Positions 1 through 10,581 of a stretch of DNA of 64,000 bases are shown here, in pieces (position 1 is the first letter of the stretch; the number at the start of each line of letters is the position of its first letter). Under the pieces are notes generated by a model. The model had not been told where the DNA came from, searched no databases, and saw nothing but the letters and a program-made list of their open reading frames with translations. Made by a program: the position numbers and the translations under genes. Source of the DNA: an uncultured Methylomirabilota bacterium (lineage in GTDB: Bacteria > Methylomirabilota > Methylomirabilia > Methylomirabilales > 2-02-FULL-66-22); NCBI GenBank assembly GCA_963705305.1, contig OY970067.1:3488001-3552000 (forward strand), written 5' to 3'.

Positions 1-5
1 TGGTC

Positions 6-881
6 GTGCTGCCGGGGATGCTGCCTTCCTTTTTCGTCTGGCTGCTGGTGGAGATCCTGGCCTATACGCTGTTTGCCGGGAGTCTCCAGCTGCTGATCGG
101 GGGCGCCGGCTTGGTGTCCTTCGGCCACGCGGCCTACTTCGGCCTGGGCGCCTATGCCGCGGCTCTGACCGTGACGTGGGCCGGCCTGCCGATGCCGGCG
201 TCGCTGGTGGTGGCGCCGGCCGTCGCCGCGTTGGCGGCTCTGGGATTCGGCTTCTTCTGCGTGCGGCTGACCGGCGTTTACTTCGCCATGCTGACGCTGG
301 CGTTCGCCCAGATCGGCTATGCCGTGGTCCACCAGTGGTACGGGTTCACCGGTGGAGACAACGGGATTCTCGGTGTCTGGCCGCCCCCCGTGCTGGCCTC
401 CCCGGCCCGGTACTACGCTCTGGCCCTCCTGGTGACAGCCGCAGGTCTCTTGGCTCTGGGCCGCATCGCCCGGTCACCCTTCGGCTTGGCGCTGCGGGCG
501 GCGCGCGATCATTCCGAGCGCTGCGAGGCGCTGGGTGTGAACGTCCGGGCCTGCCAGCTGGCGGCGTTCGGGGTGGCGGGCTTCTTCGCCGGTCTGGCCG
601 GCGCCCTCTTTGTGTTCCTGAAAGGCAGCGCCTTTCCGGAGTACCTGGCCATTCCCATGTCGATCCGGTCGCTGGTCATGGTCCTGCTGGGAGGAATCGA
701 GGGCCTGGCTGGCGCCCCGGTGGGGGCGGCGACCTACCTGATTCTGGATACGGCCGTCACCCGGTATACCGATTACTGGCAGGCGGTGTTGGGGGGGATT
801 CTCATCATCCTGGTGATCGCCGCTCCGCGCGGCATGCTGGGCGCCCTGAGGCGCCGGGGCCGGAAGGGGGGCGGCCCGTGA
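6..881 (+). CDS. livM: Branched-chain amino acid ABC transporter permease (LivM-type), 5'-truncated by window edge
   Basis: Hydrophobic; GLVSFGHAAYFGLGAY, GVYFAMLTLAFAQ, TGGDNG and SPFG..LRA.RD motifs. Confidence 0.88.
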   Translation: MLPGMLPSFFVWLLVEILAYTLFAGSLQLLIGGAGLVSFGHAAYFGLGAYAAALTVTWAGLPMPASLVVAPAVAALAALGFGFFCVRLTGVYFAMLTLAFAQIGYAVVHQWYGFTGGDNGILGVWPPPVLASPARYYALALLVTAAGLLALGRIARSPFGLALRAARDHSERCEALGVNVRACQLAAFGVAGFFAGLAGALFVFLKGSAFPEYLAIPMSIRSLVMVLLGGIEGLAGAPVGAATYLILDTAVTRYTDYWQAVLGGILIILVIAAPRGMLGALRRRGRKGGGP

Positions 882-1651
882 CGGCACCCCTGCTCCAGGT
901 CCGAAACGTGCGGAAAGCCTTCGGTGGGGTGGAGGCGCTGGCAGGAGTCGGCCTGGAGGTCGCCCACGGGGAGATCCGCGCGGTCATCGGTCCGAACGGC
1001 GCCGGCAAGACCACGCTCTTCAACGTGATCACAGGGCAGCTCCGCTGCGATGCGGGCGAGATTCTCTTCCGGGGCAGGCGGGTGGACGGGCTGGCCCCGC
1101 ACCGCGTCTGGCGCCGGGGAATCAGCCGAACGTTTCAGATCACCGCAACTTTTGCCGGTCTGACGCTGCTGGAAAACGTCCAGGTCGCCGTGCAGTCCAG
1201 CCTGGGGCAAAGCCGCTCCCTGTTCGGGCGAGCCGCCGACCTGGCGCGCGAGCCCGCCCTGCAGCTGCTGGGTCGCGTAGGCCTGGCGGAACAGGCGGGG
1301 GCGGTCTGCGGGACGCTCTCCCTGGGCGATCTCAAACGCGTGGAGCTGGCCATGGCCTTGGCCAACAACCCGGAGCTCCTGCTCCTCGATGAGCCAACGG
1401 CGGGGATGGCCCCGGCAGAGCGGATGGATCTCGTGACCCACATTCTCTCCATCGTGCGGGAGCGTGGGGTGTCGGTCCTGTTTACGGAGCACGACATGGA
1501 CGTCGTCTTCGCCGCCGCCGAACGGATCACGGTGCTCCATCAAGGACGCGTACTCGCCGAGGATACCCCGCACGCAGTGCGGGAGAATCCGGCGGTGCAG
1601 GCGATCTACCTGGGGGGCTCCGCGACCCCCGGAGGGGCGCACGATGTCTGA
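878..1651 (+). CDS. livG: Branched-chain amino acid ABC transporter ATP-binding protein (LivG-type)
   Basis: GTG overlaps the upstream TGA; Walker A GPNGAGKTT, RTFQ, LLLLDEPTAG, EHDM. Confidence 0.88.
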   Translation: MTAPLLQVRNVRKAFGGVEALAGVGLEVAHGEIRAVIGPNGAGKTTLFNVITGQLRCDAGEILFRGRRVDGLAPHRVWRRGISRTFQITATFAGLTLLENVQVAVQSSLGQSRSLFGRAADLAREPALQLLGRVGLAEQAGAVCGTLSLGDLKRVELAMALANNPELLLLDEPTAGMAPAERMDLVTHILSIVRERGVSVLFTEHDMDVVFAAAERITVLHQGRVLAEDTPHAVRENPAVQAIYLGGSATPGGAHDV

Positions 1652-2381
1652 CGCGGTCGGCACGTCCGAAGCGAGGCCCCTCCTGGATGTTGCCGGGCTG
1701 TGTGTCCGGTACGGGCTGCACCGGGTCCTGGAGGGGATCAGCCTGCGGGTGGCGCCGGGCGAGGTGGTGGCCCTCCTGGGGCGAAACGGGGCCGGGAAAT
1801 CCACCACCCTCAAGGCGATCATGGGTCTGGTCCCGGCGGCGTCCGGCCGGGTGACATACGACGGCGGATCTCTCCTGGGGAGGCCCCCCTACGAGACCTG
1901 CCGTCTGGGCGTCGGCTACGTTCCCCAGGACCGTCGAATCTTCCCGGATCTCAGCGTGCGTGAGAACCTGGAAGTCGGCATGCAGGCGCGGCGGGGGGCT
2001 GCGCCGGTCTGGACGCCGGAGCGGATCGGCCGGCTCTTTCCCGCCCTGGCAAGTCTGGCCGGACGGCGCGGAGGCAGCCTGAGCGGTGGCGAGCAGCAGA
2101 TGCTCACCATCGCCCGGACGCTCATGGGGAATCCCCGCCTCTTGCTCCTGGATGAGCCCTCCGAGGGGTTGGCGCCGCTGGTGGTGCAGGAGATGGCCGG
2201 GCACATCCAGCAGCTGAAGGCGGAGGGAATGGCCATCCTGCTTTCCGAGCAGAACCTCCACTTTACCACCCGCGTGTGCGATCGCGCCTACATCCTGGAA
2301 AAAGGACAGATCCGGTATGCGGGCACACTGGCGGCGCTGCTGGCGGAGGAGACCATCCGCCGGCGGCACCTGATGGTGTGA
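1644..2381 (+). CDS. livF: Branched-chain amino acid ABC transporter ATP-binding protein (LivF-type)
   Basis: GRNGAGKST, LSGGEQQM, LLLDEPSEGLAP, EQN; GGAGGGG RBS. Confidence 0.88.
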   Translation: MSDAVGTSEARPLLDVAGLCVRYGLHRVLEGISLRVAPGEVVALLGRNGAGKSTTLKAIMGLVPAASGRVTYDGGSLLGRPPYETCRLGVGYVPQDRRIFPDLSVRENLEVGMQARRGAAPVWTPERIGRLFPALASLAGRRGGSLSGGEQQMLTIARTLMGNPRLLLLDEPSEGLAPLVVQEMAGHIQQLKAEGMAILLSEQNLHFTTRVCDRAYILEKGQIRYAGTLAALLAEETIRRRHLMV

Positions 2382-2643
2382 CCGGCGCGGCGACCCCTGG
2401 CAGGACTGCCGCGGCGTGGGTGTCCTCCCGCACGGGGCAAGTCCCCCCGGCAGGATCCAGAGCTCCAAGGGAGAGAATTCTCCCGCGCTGCGATGTGCGT
2501 GCGCGGCCTGAGGGGGATGCGCGCGCAGCGTGCACGAACGCTTGACTTTCGCTGGCATTTCCGGGGATCATGTCGGCTAGATCGACTCGGGGTGACGGTG
2601 GGAGACCGCCTCAACGATCTCGACGGCAATGCCGGAGGGGCGT

Positions 2644-3165
2644 ATGGTGCCGGAAGGGGAGAAGCTCTCGGCGGAGCGTCGTGCCGATCTCCTGCAGCTC
2701 GCCGCCGCCGCCCGGGACCAGCCGGCCACTGAGAGCATCGGAACTTCCCTTCTTCTCTTCGTCCTGGCCGGGGAGAGCTACGGATTTCCCCTCGATCGCG
2801 TCCGCGAAGTCGTCAAGCTGGCTCCGATCGCCCCGGTTCCCTTCATTCCGGCGCATATCCTCGGGGTGATAAACCTTCGAGGGGAGATTCTGCCCGTCTT
2901 GGATCCCAGGAGACTCTTGGGACTTCTCCCAGCCTCCCCCGGGCCGAGAGGGCTGATTGTCGTCGTCAAAGCCTCGACGCCGGTCGGCTTCCTGGCCGAC
3001 GAGGTTCAGGACGTGGTCGAAGTGCGGGGGTCCGTGGACCCGCCCCTGGCCACCCTTCCCGAAAGGCAGGCGGCATATCTTCAGGGGCAGATCGTCCATG
3101 ACGGGCGGCTGATCGGAGTTCTAGACGTGGAGGCCCTCCTGGCAGGCGGCGGCGAGGGCGGATGA
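2644..3165 (+). CDS. cheW: CheW-family coupling protein
   Basis: GESYGFPL..VREV, VPF.P..ILGVINLRGEILPV; GGAGGGG RBS before ATG 2644. Confidence 0.9.
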   Translation: MVPEGEKLSAERRADLLQLAAAARDQPATESIGTSLLLFVLAGESYGFPLDRVREVVKLAPIAPVPFIPAHILGVINLRGEILPVLDPRRLLGLLPASPGPRGLIVVVKASTPVGFLADEVQDVVEVRGSVDPPLATLPERQAAYLQGQIVHDGRLIGVLDVEALLAGGGEGG

Positions 3166-3569
3166 TGGCCTGGGCCCCATGCCTGGAGGTCCTGTGCTTC
3201 CGCCTGGGCGGCAGCCTGTGGGGAATCGAGGCCGCCCAGGTGGAACGGATCGCCGGTCCGGCGGAGGCGATCGAGGGGCCGGTTTTGGATCCGGCGCACG
3301 CGCTGGGAGTGGCCCTCCCGCATCTCCCGGCGGGGCCCCGACTCGTCCTGCGACTCGAAGCGACCCGGGCGGTTCTCCCCGTCGACGAGGTGGTCGACCT
3401 GGTCTCCCTGTTCCCCCACGACCTTTCCGCCCTGCCGCCTCTGGTCGCGGGCGCCTTGCCGGATGAGCGCATCTGGGCGATGGCAAAAGTGGGGGCGGAG
3501 GTCGTGCTGCTCGTGGATGCGGAGGCCGTGGAGCGAGCCTGCGCGCCCCTCCCGGATCCGGCAGGCTGA
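3162..3569 (+). CDS. Degenerate CheW-like protein
   Basis: LCFRLGG..WGIEA..VERI, LPVDEV, LLVDAE; overlaps cheW stop. Confidence 0.7.
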   Translation: MMAWAPCLEVLCFRLGGSLWGIEAAQVERIAGPAEAIEGPVLDPAHALGVALPHLPAGPRLVLRLEATRAVLPVDEVVDLVSLFPHDLSALPPLVAGALPDERIWAMAKVGAEVVLLVDAEAVERACAPLPDPAG

Positions 3570-3704
3570 CAACGGGAGGGACTTCCACGGAGGAAAGGTC
3601 CGGGCGGCCCGGATCGGCCGGGCGGCGCATCGGTGGCCATACATTTCGCCAGACGGGGGAAAGGAGCATCCCGGCCCCACAGCCTCCGTACAAGAGGAGG
3701 GTGC

Positions 3705-5182
3705 ATGAGACTCCGCACGAAGTTCAGCCTGATTGTGGCAGGGGCGATGGCGCTGATCATCGTCCTCCTCGCCGTCGGGATTCACGCGCTCCAGCAACGT
3801 CACCTGGAGCGGATGCTCCGTGAACGGGGAACCGTGCAGCTCCAGCTGCTGGCCCAGTCCAGCGTCGCCGCGATCATGGATAACGACATGATCCCCCTGG
3901 CCCCCTTCCAGACCCAGTTTCGCGATGACGAGGACATCCTCTTTGCATCGGTCCAGGGGAAGGCCGGGAAGCTCGTGGATGTGATCAAACCGCAGCTGCC
4001 CAATCTCCCCCCCACCTCGTTCTGGAGCAGCCAGTCAAGGCTGGGGACGAGACGATCGGCAGCGTCGTCCTGGGCCTGTCGCTCGTCAAGGTCAACCGGG
4101 ACCTGCGGCAAGCCACCCTGCTGATCCTGCTGGCGGCAATCGCGAGCATCGCCCTGATCGTGGGCCTGATGGCTCTGGTCTTCACCCGGGTCGCCATCGT
4201 CCCCTTGAACCAGATCACGGCCGCCACCCAGCGGCTGGCGGCGGGAGACCTCCGGGAGACCCTGCCCCTCGGACGCCGGGATGAGCTGGGCCGCCTGGCG
4301 GAGGCCTTCAACGCGATGGTCGCCTCGCTGCAGGTGGTGGTGAAAGAGGTGCAGCGGGCCGGCCTCCAGGTCAGCTCCACCAGCGCCGAGATCCTCGCCA
4401 CCAGCGAGCAGCATGCCTCCGGATCTGCCCAGCAGGCGGCCGCGGTGGCCGAGGTGACGGCCACCATGGAGGAGCTCAGCAGCAGCGCGGCCCAGATCGC
4501 CGAGAACGCCCGGGCGGTGGAGGGGGTGGCGGCGGAGACGTCCCAATCGGCCCAGGCCGGGACGGCCGCGGTCGAGGAGGCCCTCCGGGCCATGGAGGGG
4601 ATCCGGGCCCGGGTCGAGGAGATCTCCCGGAAGACCCTCGCCCTCGGGGAACGGTCCCAGCAGATCGGTGATGTCCTCGGCCTCATCAAGGAGATCGCAG
4701 GGGAGATCCATCTCCTGGCCCTGAACGCGGCCATCGAGTCCGCCGCCGCCGGCGAGCACGGGAAGCGTTTTGCCGTCGTTGCCGCCGAGGTGCGGCGGCT
4801 GGCGGAGCGGACCCGGGCCTCAACCGAGGAGATCCGGGGGATCATTGGGGAGATCCAGTCCGCCACCAACAGCTCGGTGCTGGCCACCGAGCAGGGAATG
4901 AAGGAGGCCGAGGCCGTGGCCTCCCGGGCCGAGCGGGCCGCGGAAGCCTTGGGAGAGATCCTGGGCAGGATCGGGCAGACGGCCCAGGCCGCCAAGCAGA
5001 TCAGTGTCGCCACCCAGCAGCAGCGCACGGCCAGCGACCAGATCGTGGCCACCATGCGGGAGCTGGCCGAGGTGATCAAGCAGACCGCCGCCGGCATGAA
5101 GCAGTCCACGGTGGCGGCCGGGGAGCTGAACCAGCTGGCCGGGGAGCTGAAGGCGCGCGTGGGCGCCTTCCAGGTGGCCTGA
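3705..5182 (+). pseudogene. Methyl-accepting chemotaxis protein (TM-sensor-TM-HAMP-MA), frameshifted at C7 run 4007-4013
   Basis: TM1 and sensor in one frame; TM2, HAMP (DELGRLAEAFN) and LALNAAIESA..GEHGKRFAVVA.EVRRLA in the -1 frame; one extra C restores a continuous ORF. Confidence 0.85.
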
Positions 5183-5183
5183 G

Positions 5184-7394
5184 ATGGACCAGGGGTTCGA
5201 CACCTCCTCCGCCCTTCAGCTGTTCGTGGCCGAGGCCCGGGAGCGCCTCGGGCGGATGAGCCACGCGCTGCTGGCCTTGGAGGCGCGGCCCGATGATCTG
5301 GAGGCCATCCGGCACATGCTCCACGAGGCGCACACGCTGAAGGGGGCGGCCCGGATGCTGGGGCTGACAGCCATCGGCACCCTGGCCCATCGGGTGGAGG
5401 ATGTTCTGTTGGCGGTCGAGGAGCACGCGCCTCCGCTGTCCGGTGAGACAGCCGATCTGGTCTTCGAGGCCTTGGACGCCCTGGGCGGAATGGTGGACGG
5501 CATCGGCCCGAACGCGCCGGAGCCGGATCTCGGCCCGCTGCTCCAGCGACTGGAAGTGGCGGCGGGAGGGCGGGCTCGGCCGAGGCAGTCTGCCCCGGCA
5601 GCGCCGGCCGAGGGACCGGCTCCCGGCCCTTCCGCGGCCCGGCCGGCGGAGCCCGCGGAGACCAGCGTTCGTGTAAGCCTGGAGAAGCTCGATCAGCTGG
5701 CCAACTTCGCCGTGGAGATGCTGGTCAGCCGCATGCGCGCGGCCGAGGCCCGGCGGGGCCTGCAAGAAGCCGTGCGGCTCAGCCGGGCCGGCCTCAAGCA
5801 GTGGCCGGCTCTGCGGGACAGTGTGATCCAGCCATCGGCAGGCGAACGGGCGGCCGAGCTGGTCCGGCAGGCGGAAGCCTGGAACCGGGATCTTCGGAAG
5901 GTGCTCGAGCGGGCCTGGGATGAGCTGGAAGAGGTGCGCGCGGAGCAGGGCCGGCTGGTGACCGAGCTGCGGAATCAGGTGATGGGCATTCGGATGCAGC
6001 CTCTCTCCGTGGTCTTCGAGGCGCTCCCGCGCGCCGTGCGGGACCTGGCGCGAGGGTTCGGCAAGGATGTCCAGCTCCTCCTCACCGGCGGCGAGGTGGA
6101 GTTGGACCGCCGGATCATCGAGGAGCTGCGGGAGCCGCTGCTGCATCTGATCCGGAACGCCCTGGATCACGGCCTGGAGGCGCCCTCGGTGCGGGTGGCT
6201 GCGGGCAAGCCCGCCAAGGGGCTCCTGGTCATCCGAGCCTGGCCCGCCGGGAATCGTGTGGTGGTGGAAGTCGAGGACGACGGAGCCGGCATGGATCCCG
6301 CCGTCCTGCGGGAGACGGCTGTCCGTCGGGGGCATCTGGACCAACAGACCGCCGCCGTCCTGAGCGATGCGGAGGCGCTGGATCTCATCTTCTCCCCCGG
6401 GTTCAGCACCAGCCGGCTCATCACCGATGTGTCGGGACGCGGAATCGGGATGGAGGTGGTTCGAAAGGTCGTCGACAGGCTCCGGGGCTATGCCGGTGTG
6501 GACAGCGTACCGGGGCGGGGAACCCGGATCACGCTGGATCTGCCGTTGAGCCTCGCCATGCTGCCGGCCCTCCTGGTTCGGGCCGGCGGGATTCCCTACG
6601 CGCTGCCCGCCACGGCGGTCGAGCGCGTGGCCAGGTTCCGCGCGGAGGAGCTGTCGCGCCTGCAAGGGCGGCGGGCGCTCTCCCTGGAGGGGGAGACGAT
6701 CCCGCTGGTGGACCTGGCTGCGCTCTTGGGCATGGCGCGGCCGGCGGGCGCGGCGGAGATCGGGCCGGCGGTCGTCCTACGGGCACGGGCTTCCCGGGTG
6801 GGTTTCGTGGTCGACGAGATCTGCGAGGAAGTTGAGGTCGTGCAAAGAGAGCTGGGAGCCTTTTTGAGCCGGGCCGAGGTGGCCGTCGGGGCGACGGTCC
6901 TGGGGAGCGGGGAGGTTGCCCTGATTCTGGATCCAGCCCGGCTGATTCGAGCCGCGCAGGGGGCTAGGACGGCTCCGCTGAATGCGCCCGCCGTCCCGCC
7001 TGAGGAGGCTGCGCGCCTGCTGCTGGTGGAGGATTCGCTCATTGCGCGGGACCTGCAGCGGACGATCCTGGAGTCGGCCGGCTACCGGGTGACCGTGGCC
7101 CTGGACGGGATGGATGCTCTGGAGAAGCTGCGGGCGGAAGCCTATGCCGCGGTTGTCACCGATGTCGAGATGCCGCGGATGGACGGCTTCGAGCTCTTGG
7201 CGTGGATCCGGGCCCAGGAGGCCACGCGGGAGCTCCCCGTGGTGGTCGTCACCAGCCGGGAGCGTCCGGAGGACCGTCGCCGCGGTTTGGAGCTGGGCGC
7301 CGACGCCTATATCTTGAAAAGCAGCTTCGACCAGTCCAGTCTCCTGGACACCCTCCGACTGCTGGTCGGGGGCGCAAGCCGGGTGGGCGGATGA
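5184..7394 (+). CDS. cheA: Hybrid CheA histidine kinase (Hpt-HATPase-CheW-REC)
   Basis: AHTLKG, HLIRNALDHG, DDGAG, PGFST, SGRGIGM; C-terminal receiver LLVEDS..DVEMP.MDG. Confidence 0.92.
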   Translation: MDQGFDTSSALQLFVAEARERLGRMSHALLALEARPDDLEAIRHMLHEAHTLKGAARMLGLTAIGTLAHRVEDVLLAVEEHAPPLSGETADLVFEALDALGGMVDGIGPNAPEPDLGPLLQRLEVAAGGRARPRQSAPAAPAEGPAPGPSAARPAEPAETSVRVSLEKLDQLANFAVEMLVSRMRAAEARRGLQEAVRLSRAGLKQWPALRDSVIQPSAGERAAELVRQAEAWNRDLRKVLERAWDELEEVRAEQGRLVTELRNQVMGIRMQPLSVVFEALPRAVRDLARGFGKDVQLLLTGGEVELDRRIIEELREPLLHLIRNALDHGLEAPSVRVAAGKPAKGLLVIRAWPAGNRVVVEVEDDGAGMDPAVLRETAVRRGHLDQQTAAVLSDAEALDLIFSPGFSTSRLITDVSGRGIGMEVVRKVVDRLRGYAGVDSVPGRGTRITLDLPLSLAMLPALLVRAGGIPYALPATAVERVARFRAEELSRLQGRRALSLEGETIPLVDLAALLGMARPAGAAEIGPAVVLRARASRVGFVVDEICEEVEVVQRELGAFLSRAEVAVGATVLGSGEVALILDPARLIRAAQGARTAPLNAPAVPPEEAARLLLVEDSLIARDLQRTILESAGYRVTVALDGMDALEKLRAEAYAAVVTDVEMPRMDGFELLAWIRAQEATRELPVVVVTSRERPEDRRRGLELGADAYILKSSFDQSSLLDTLRLLVGGASRVGG

Positions 7395-8449
7395 ACGGCG
7401 CGGGCTCCCCCATCCGGGTCCTCGTCGTGGATGACTCGTCCGTGGCCCGTCATGTGCTCGGGCGGCTGCTGGAGAGCGATCCCGGGGTCCGGGTTGTCGG
7501 CTACGCCGCCGACGGGAACGAGGCTGTGCAGAAGACCATGGCCCTCCGGCCGGACCTGATCACCATGGACATCCGCATGCCCGGGATGGACGGCCTCGAG
7601 GCCACGGAAAAGATCATGGCGTATCAGCCCACCCCCATCCTGGTGGTCACCTCCTCCCGGGACCGTCGCGGAGTCCAGATCACGATGGAGGCGCTTGCCG
7701 TCGGGGCGGTGGAGGTGGTGGAGAAGCCCTCGGTCCATCCGGACGATTCCTGGGGCACGCTGGGCGCCCAGCTGGTAGAGAAGGTCAAGCTCCTGGCGAA
7801 GGTGAAGGTGATCACCCATCTCAAGGGGCGGACCCGCCACTTGCTTGGGCGGCTGCGACCGGCCGACCGGGAGAAGGTCCATCGAGTTGTCGGCGTCGGG
7901 GTCTCCACGGGAGGCCCCGGCGTCCTGGCGAAGATCCTCAGGGCCCTGCCCGCCGATTTCTCCCTCGGCCTCGTTGTCGTTCAGCACATGACCGACGGCT
8001 TCACGGCCGGCCTGGCGGACTGGCTGGGCCGCGAAACCCGACTGCCCATCCGCCTCGCTCGCGAGGGGGATGGGCTGAAGCCCGGGCTGGTCTGCGTCGC
8101 TCCGGAGGGGGCGCATCTCGTGGTCGAGCGAAGCGGGCGGCTGCACTTGAGCCGGGCGCTTCCGGTCGGAGGACACCGCCCGTCGGCGGATGTTCTCCTC
8201 CGCTCTCTGGCGGAGGCCTATGGACACGAGGCGATCGGGGTGTTGCTGACGGGGATGGGGCGGGATGGGGCCGAAGGGTTGAAGGCGATCCGGGATGTCG
8301 GCGGCCACACCATCGTCCAGGATGAGGAGAGCTGCGCCATCTTCGGCATGCCCAAGGCGGCCATCGAGCTGGGCGCGGCACGGGAGGTGCTCCCACCCGC
8401 AGGCATCGCGGAGCGCCTTCTGCAGCTGGCCCGCCAGGGAGTGGGATGA
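7391..8449 (+). CDS. cheB: Chemotaxis methylesterase CheB
   Basis: N-terminal REC; STGGP, VQHM, RPSAD, LTGMGRDG, FGMP. Confidence 0.93.
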   Translation: MNGAGSPIRVLVVDDSSVARHVLGRLLESDPGVRVVGYAADGNEAVQKTMALRPDLITMDIRMPGMDGLEATEKIMAYQPTPILVVTSSRDRRGVQITMEALAVGAVEVVEKPSVHPDDSWGTLGAQLVEKVKLLAKVKVITHLKGRTRHLLGRLRPADREKVHRVVGVGVSTGGPGVLAKILRALPADFSLGLVVVQHMTDGFTAGLADWLGRETRLPIRLAREGDGLKPGLVCVAPEGAHLVVERSGRLHLSRALPVGGHRPSADVLLRSLAEAYGHEAIGVLLTGMGRDGAEGLKAIRDVGGHTIVQDEESCAIFGMPKAAIELGAAREVLPPAGIAERLLQLARQGVG

Positions 8450-9912
8450 GCTCTCTCGCCGCATTTGCCGGGAGGGAATTCGAAGCCTTCCGGGACCTGG
8501 TTCGGAACGGTGCGGGCTTGCAGTTCGACGAGAGCCGGCGCGAGGCGCTGCGCCTGGCCGTCCGAGCGCGCGCGACGGCATGTGGCGACAAGACATTCCA
8601 GGACTACCTGGCCCGTCTCCGAGGCCCGGGACAGGCCGTGGAGCTTTCCCGCCTGCTGGATCTCCTCACCATCCAGGAGACCTATTTCTTCCGCAACCCC
8701 GAGCACTTCCAGGCGCTGGCCGAGAGGATTCTCCCTCACCCGCATGCGCCGTCCAGCCGGCAGCCCATCCGCATCTGGAGCGCCGGCTGTGCGACCGGGG
8801 AAGAGCCGTACTCGATTGCGCTCACCCTGTTGGAGGCGGGAATGCGCGGGGCCGAGGTGGTCGGAACGGATGTGAGCGAGACGGCCCTGGAGATCGCGCG
8901 GAGGGGTCGCTACGGCCGGCGGGCTGTGCGCCTGGTCCCGGAGCCTCTGTTGGCCCGCTACTTCACGACGGAAGGGGACCGGTACGTGGTGGGGGAGGCC
9001 GTACGCAGCCTGGTTCGCTTCGAGCATCTGAACTTGATTCAAGAGCCGTTTCCGGTGTCGCGCTTCGCCGGCTGCCACGCGATCTTCTGTCGAAACGTTC
9101 TCATCTACCTGGCGCCGGAGAGCGTTCGACGTCTGGTCGTGCTTCTGGCCCAGTGCCTGGCCCCCGGGCACGCGCTCTTTCTCGGGGCCTCGGAAACCCT
9201 CTGGCAGCTGAGCGACGAGTTCGAGCTGGTGGAATGGGCGGGGAGCTTTTACTATCGCAGGCGGGCGCCGGTTTCCGCCCCAGGGCCTCCGGCTGATCGG
9301 GCGGCCGCTCCGCAGATTCTGACGCCGCCCGCGCCGCGAACATCAAGGGAGCGGCGCCGCCGGGCGCCTGCCCCGCCGCCGCCCCCCAAGTCGGGGCTCG
9401 AGCAGGCGGTGGAGGCCATCCGAGCGGGGGATGTGCAAGCGGCGTCGGCCGTGTTGGAGGCTGCGGCCGCCGGGCCGGAGGCAGATGCGGAGAGCCTGAT
9501 CCTCCTGGGATATCTGCGTCTCTGTGCGGGGAGCACGGAAGCGGCTGCCGAGCTCGCCCGGCGCGCCCGGTCGATGCAGCCCTGCTGCGCCGACACGCAT
9601 GTGCTCGAGGGCCTGATCGCCAGAGAAGAGGGGAGGGAGGCGGCGGCCGTGGCTGCTTTCAAGCGGGCCCTGTATCTGCAGCCGGCCTCTGCCCTGGCCC
9701 GCTATCAGCTGGCCCAGCACTTCGCGCATTGCGGCGATCGCCGGAAAGCCGAGCGGGAGGCGGCAGAGGCGATTCGCCTGCTGGATGCGGGGGCGGCTCC
9801 GTCCGTGCTGTCGGCCGCCTATCCCGCGGAATCTCTTCGCCGTGCGTGCTGCCTGACGCGTGAGAGGGTGCAGGCTGCCGTCAGCCCCGAGCTGTCTGCG
9901 GGGACAGGGTAA
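8446..9912 (+). CDS. cheR: CheR methyltransferase with C-terminal TPRs
   Basis: ETYFFR, IWSAGCATGEEPYS, FCRNVLIY; Pro-rich linker then TPR-like helices (FKRALYLQP). Confidence 0.9.
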   Translation: MSSLAAFAGREFEAFRDLVRNGAGLQFDESRREALRLAVRARATACGDKTFQDYLARLRGPGQAVELSRLLDLLTIQETYFFRNPEHFQALAERILPHPHAPSSRQPIRIWSAGCATGEEPYSIALTLLEAGMRGAEVVGTDVSETALEIARRGRYGRRAVRLVPEPLLARYFTTEGDRYVVGEAVRSLVRFEHLNLIQEPFPVSRFAGCHAIFCRNVLIYLAPESVRRLVVLLAQCLAPGHALFLGASETLWQLSDEFELVEWAGSFYYRRRAPVSAPGPPADRAAAPQILTPPAPRTSRERRRRAPAPPPPPKSGLEQAVEAIRAGDVQAASAVLEAAAAGPEADAESLILLGYLRLCAGSTEAAAELARRARSMQPCCADTHVLEGLIAREEGREAAAVAAFKRALYLQPASALARYQLAQHFAHCGDRRKAEREAAEAIRLLDAGAAPSVLSAAYPAESLRRACCLTRERVQAAVSPELSAGTG

Positions 9913-10045
9913 GAGCCGGGCCCACGATTCCGCGTCGGTCCGCTCCAGCGGCGTAGGAATAGGTGTGAAGAGACGCATCGCACGCGCATAGATCGGCGCA
10001 GGCCGGCAGTCCGGTGCGGGTCAACCGGAGATAGAGACGGGATCC

Positions 10046-10459
10046 ATGTGGAAGGCCAAGATCCTGATCGTCGAGGACAGCCAGAGCGTCTCCCAGCTGC
10101 TTGCCGACGCCTTCCGATTCGACGACTTCGAGGTCCTACAGGCCTATACCGCGGTCGATGGGCTCCGGCTCGCCGGGGAGGAGGTGCCGGACGTCATCCT
10201 CATGGATATCCAGCTGCCCGACGTGGATGGGCTCACGGCGGCGCAGGCCTTGAAAAATGATCAGGTCACCAAGCACATTCCCATCGTGGCCATGACGGCC
10301 CACGATATCATCGGGGATCAGGCCAGGCTCATGAGCCGGATCTGCGTGGGCTACATCCAGAAGCCCATCCTCACGCGGGATCTCCTGAATCTAATCTCGG
10401 CCGTTCTCAGGCTGCCTGGGGATCAGGGGCCTCCCACCCGCCGACACCGACCCGCTTAG
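10046..10459 (+). CDS. Single-domain response regulator (CheY/DivK-like)
   Basis: ILIVED, ILMDIQLP..DG, IVAMTA, YIQKP. Confidence 0.88.
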   Translation: MWKAKILIVEDSQSVSQLLADAFRFDDFEVLQAYTAVDGLRLAGEEVPDVILMDIQLPDVDGLTAAQALKNDQVTKHIPIVAMTAHDIIGDQARLMSRICVGYIQKPILTRDLLNLISAVLRLPGDQGPPTRRHRPA

Positions 10460-10581
10460 AGCCATAGCAGGAACGCGAGCACGCTCGTACAGCTCCGCAA
10501 GACAATTAAAGTTTCTTTGTTTTTCTATAGATCGCAAGGAAGTATTTCGTAACATATTGAATTTATTTATAGCACTTAAAG

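Noticed and set aside
2425..2480. GCACGGGGCAAG resembling the start of a c-di-GMP-I riboswitch upstream of the chemosensory operon
   Set aside because: No GNRA-capped P2 stem or GACGCAAAGC-like segment follows
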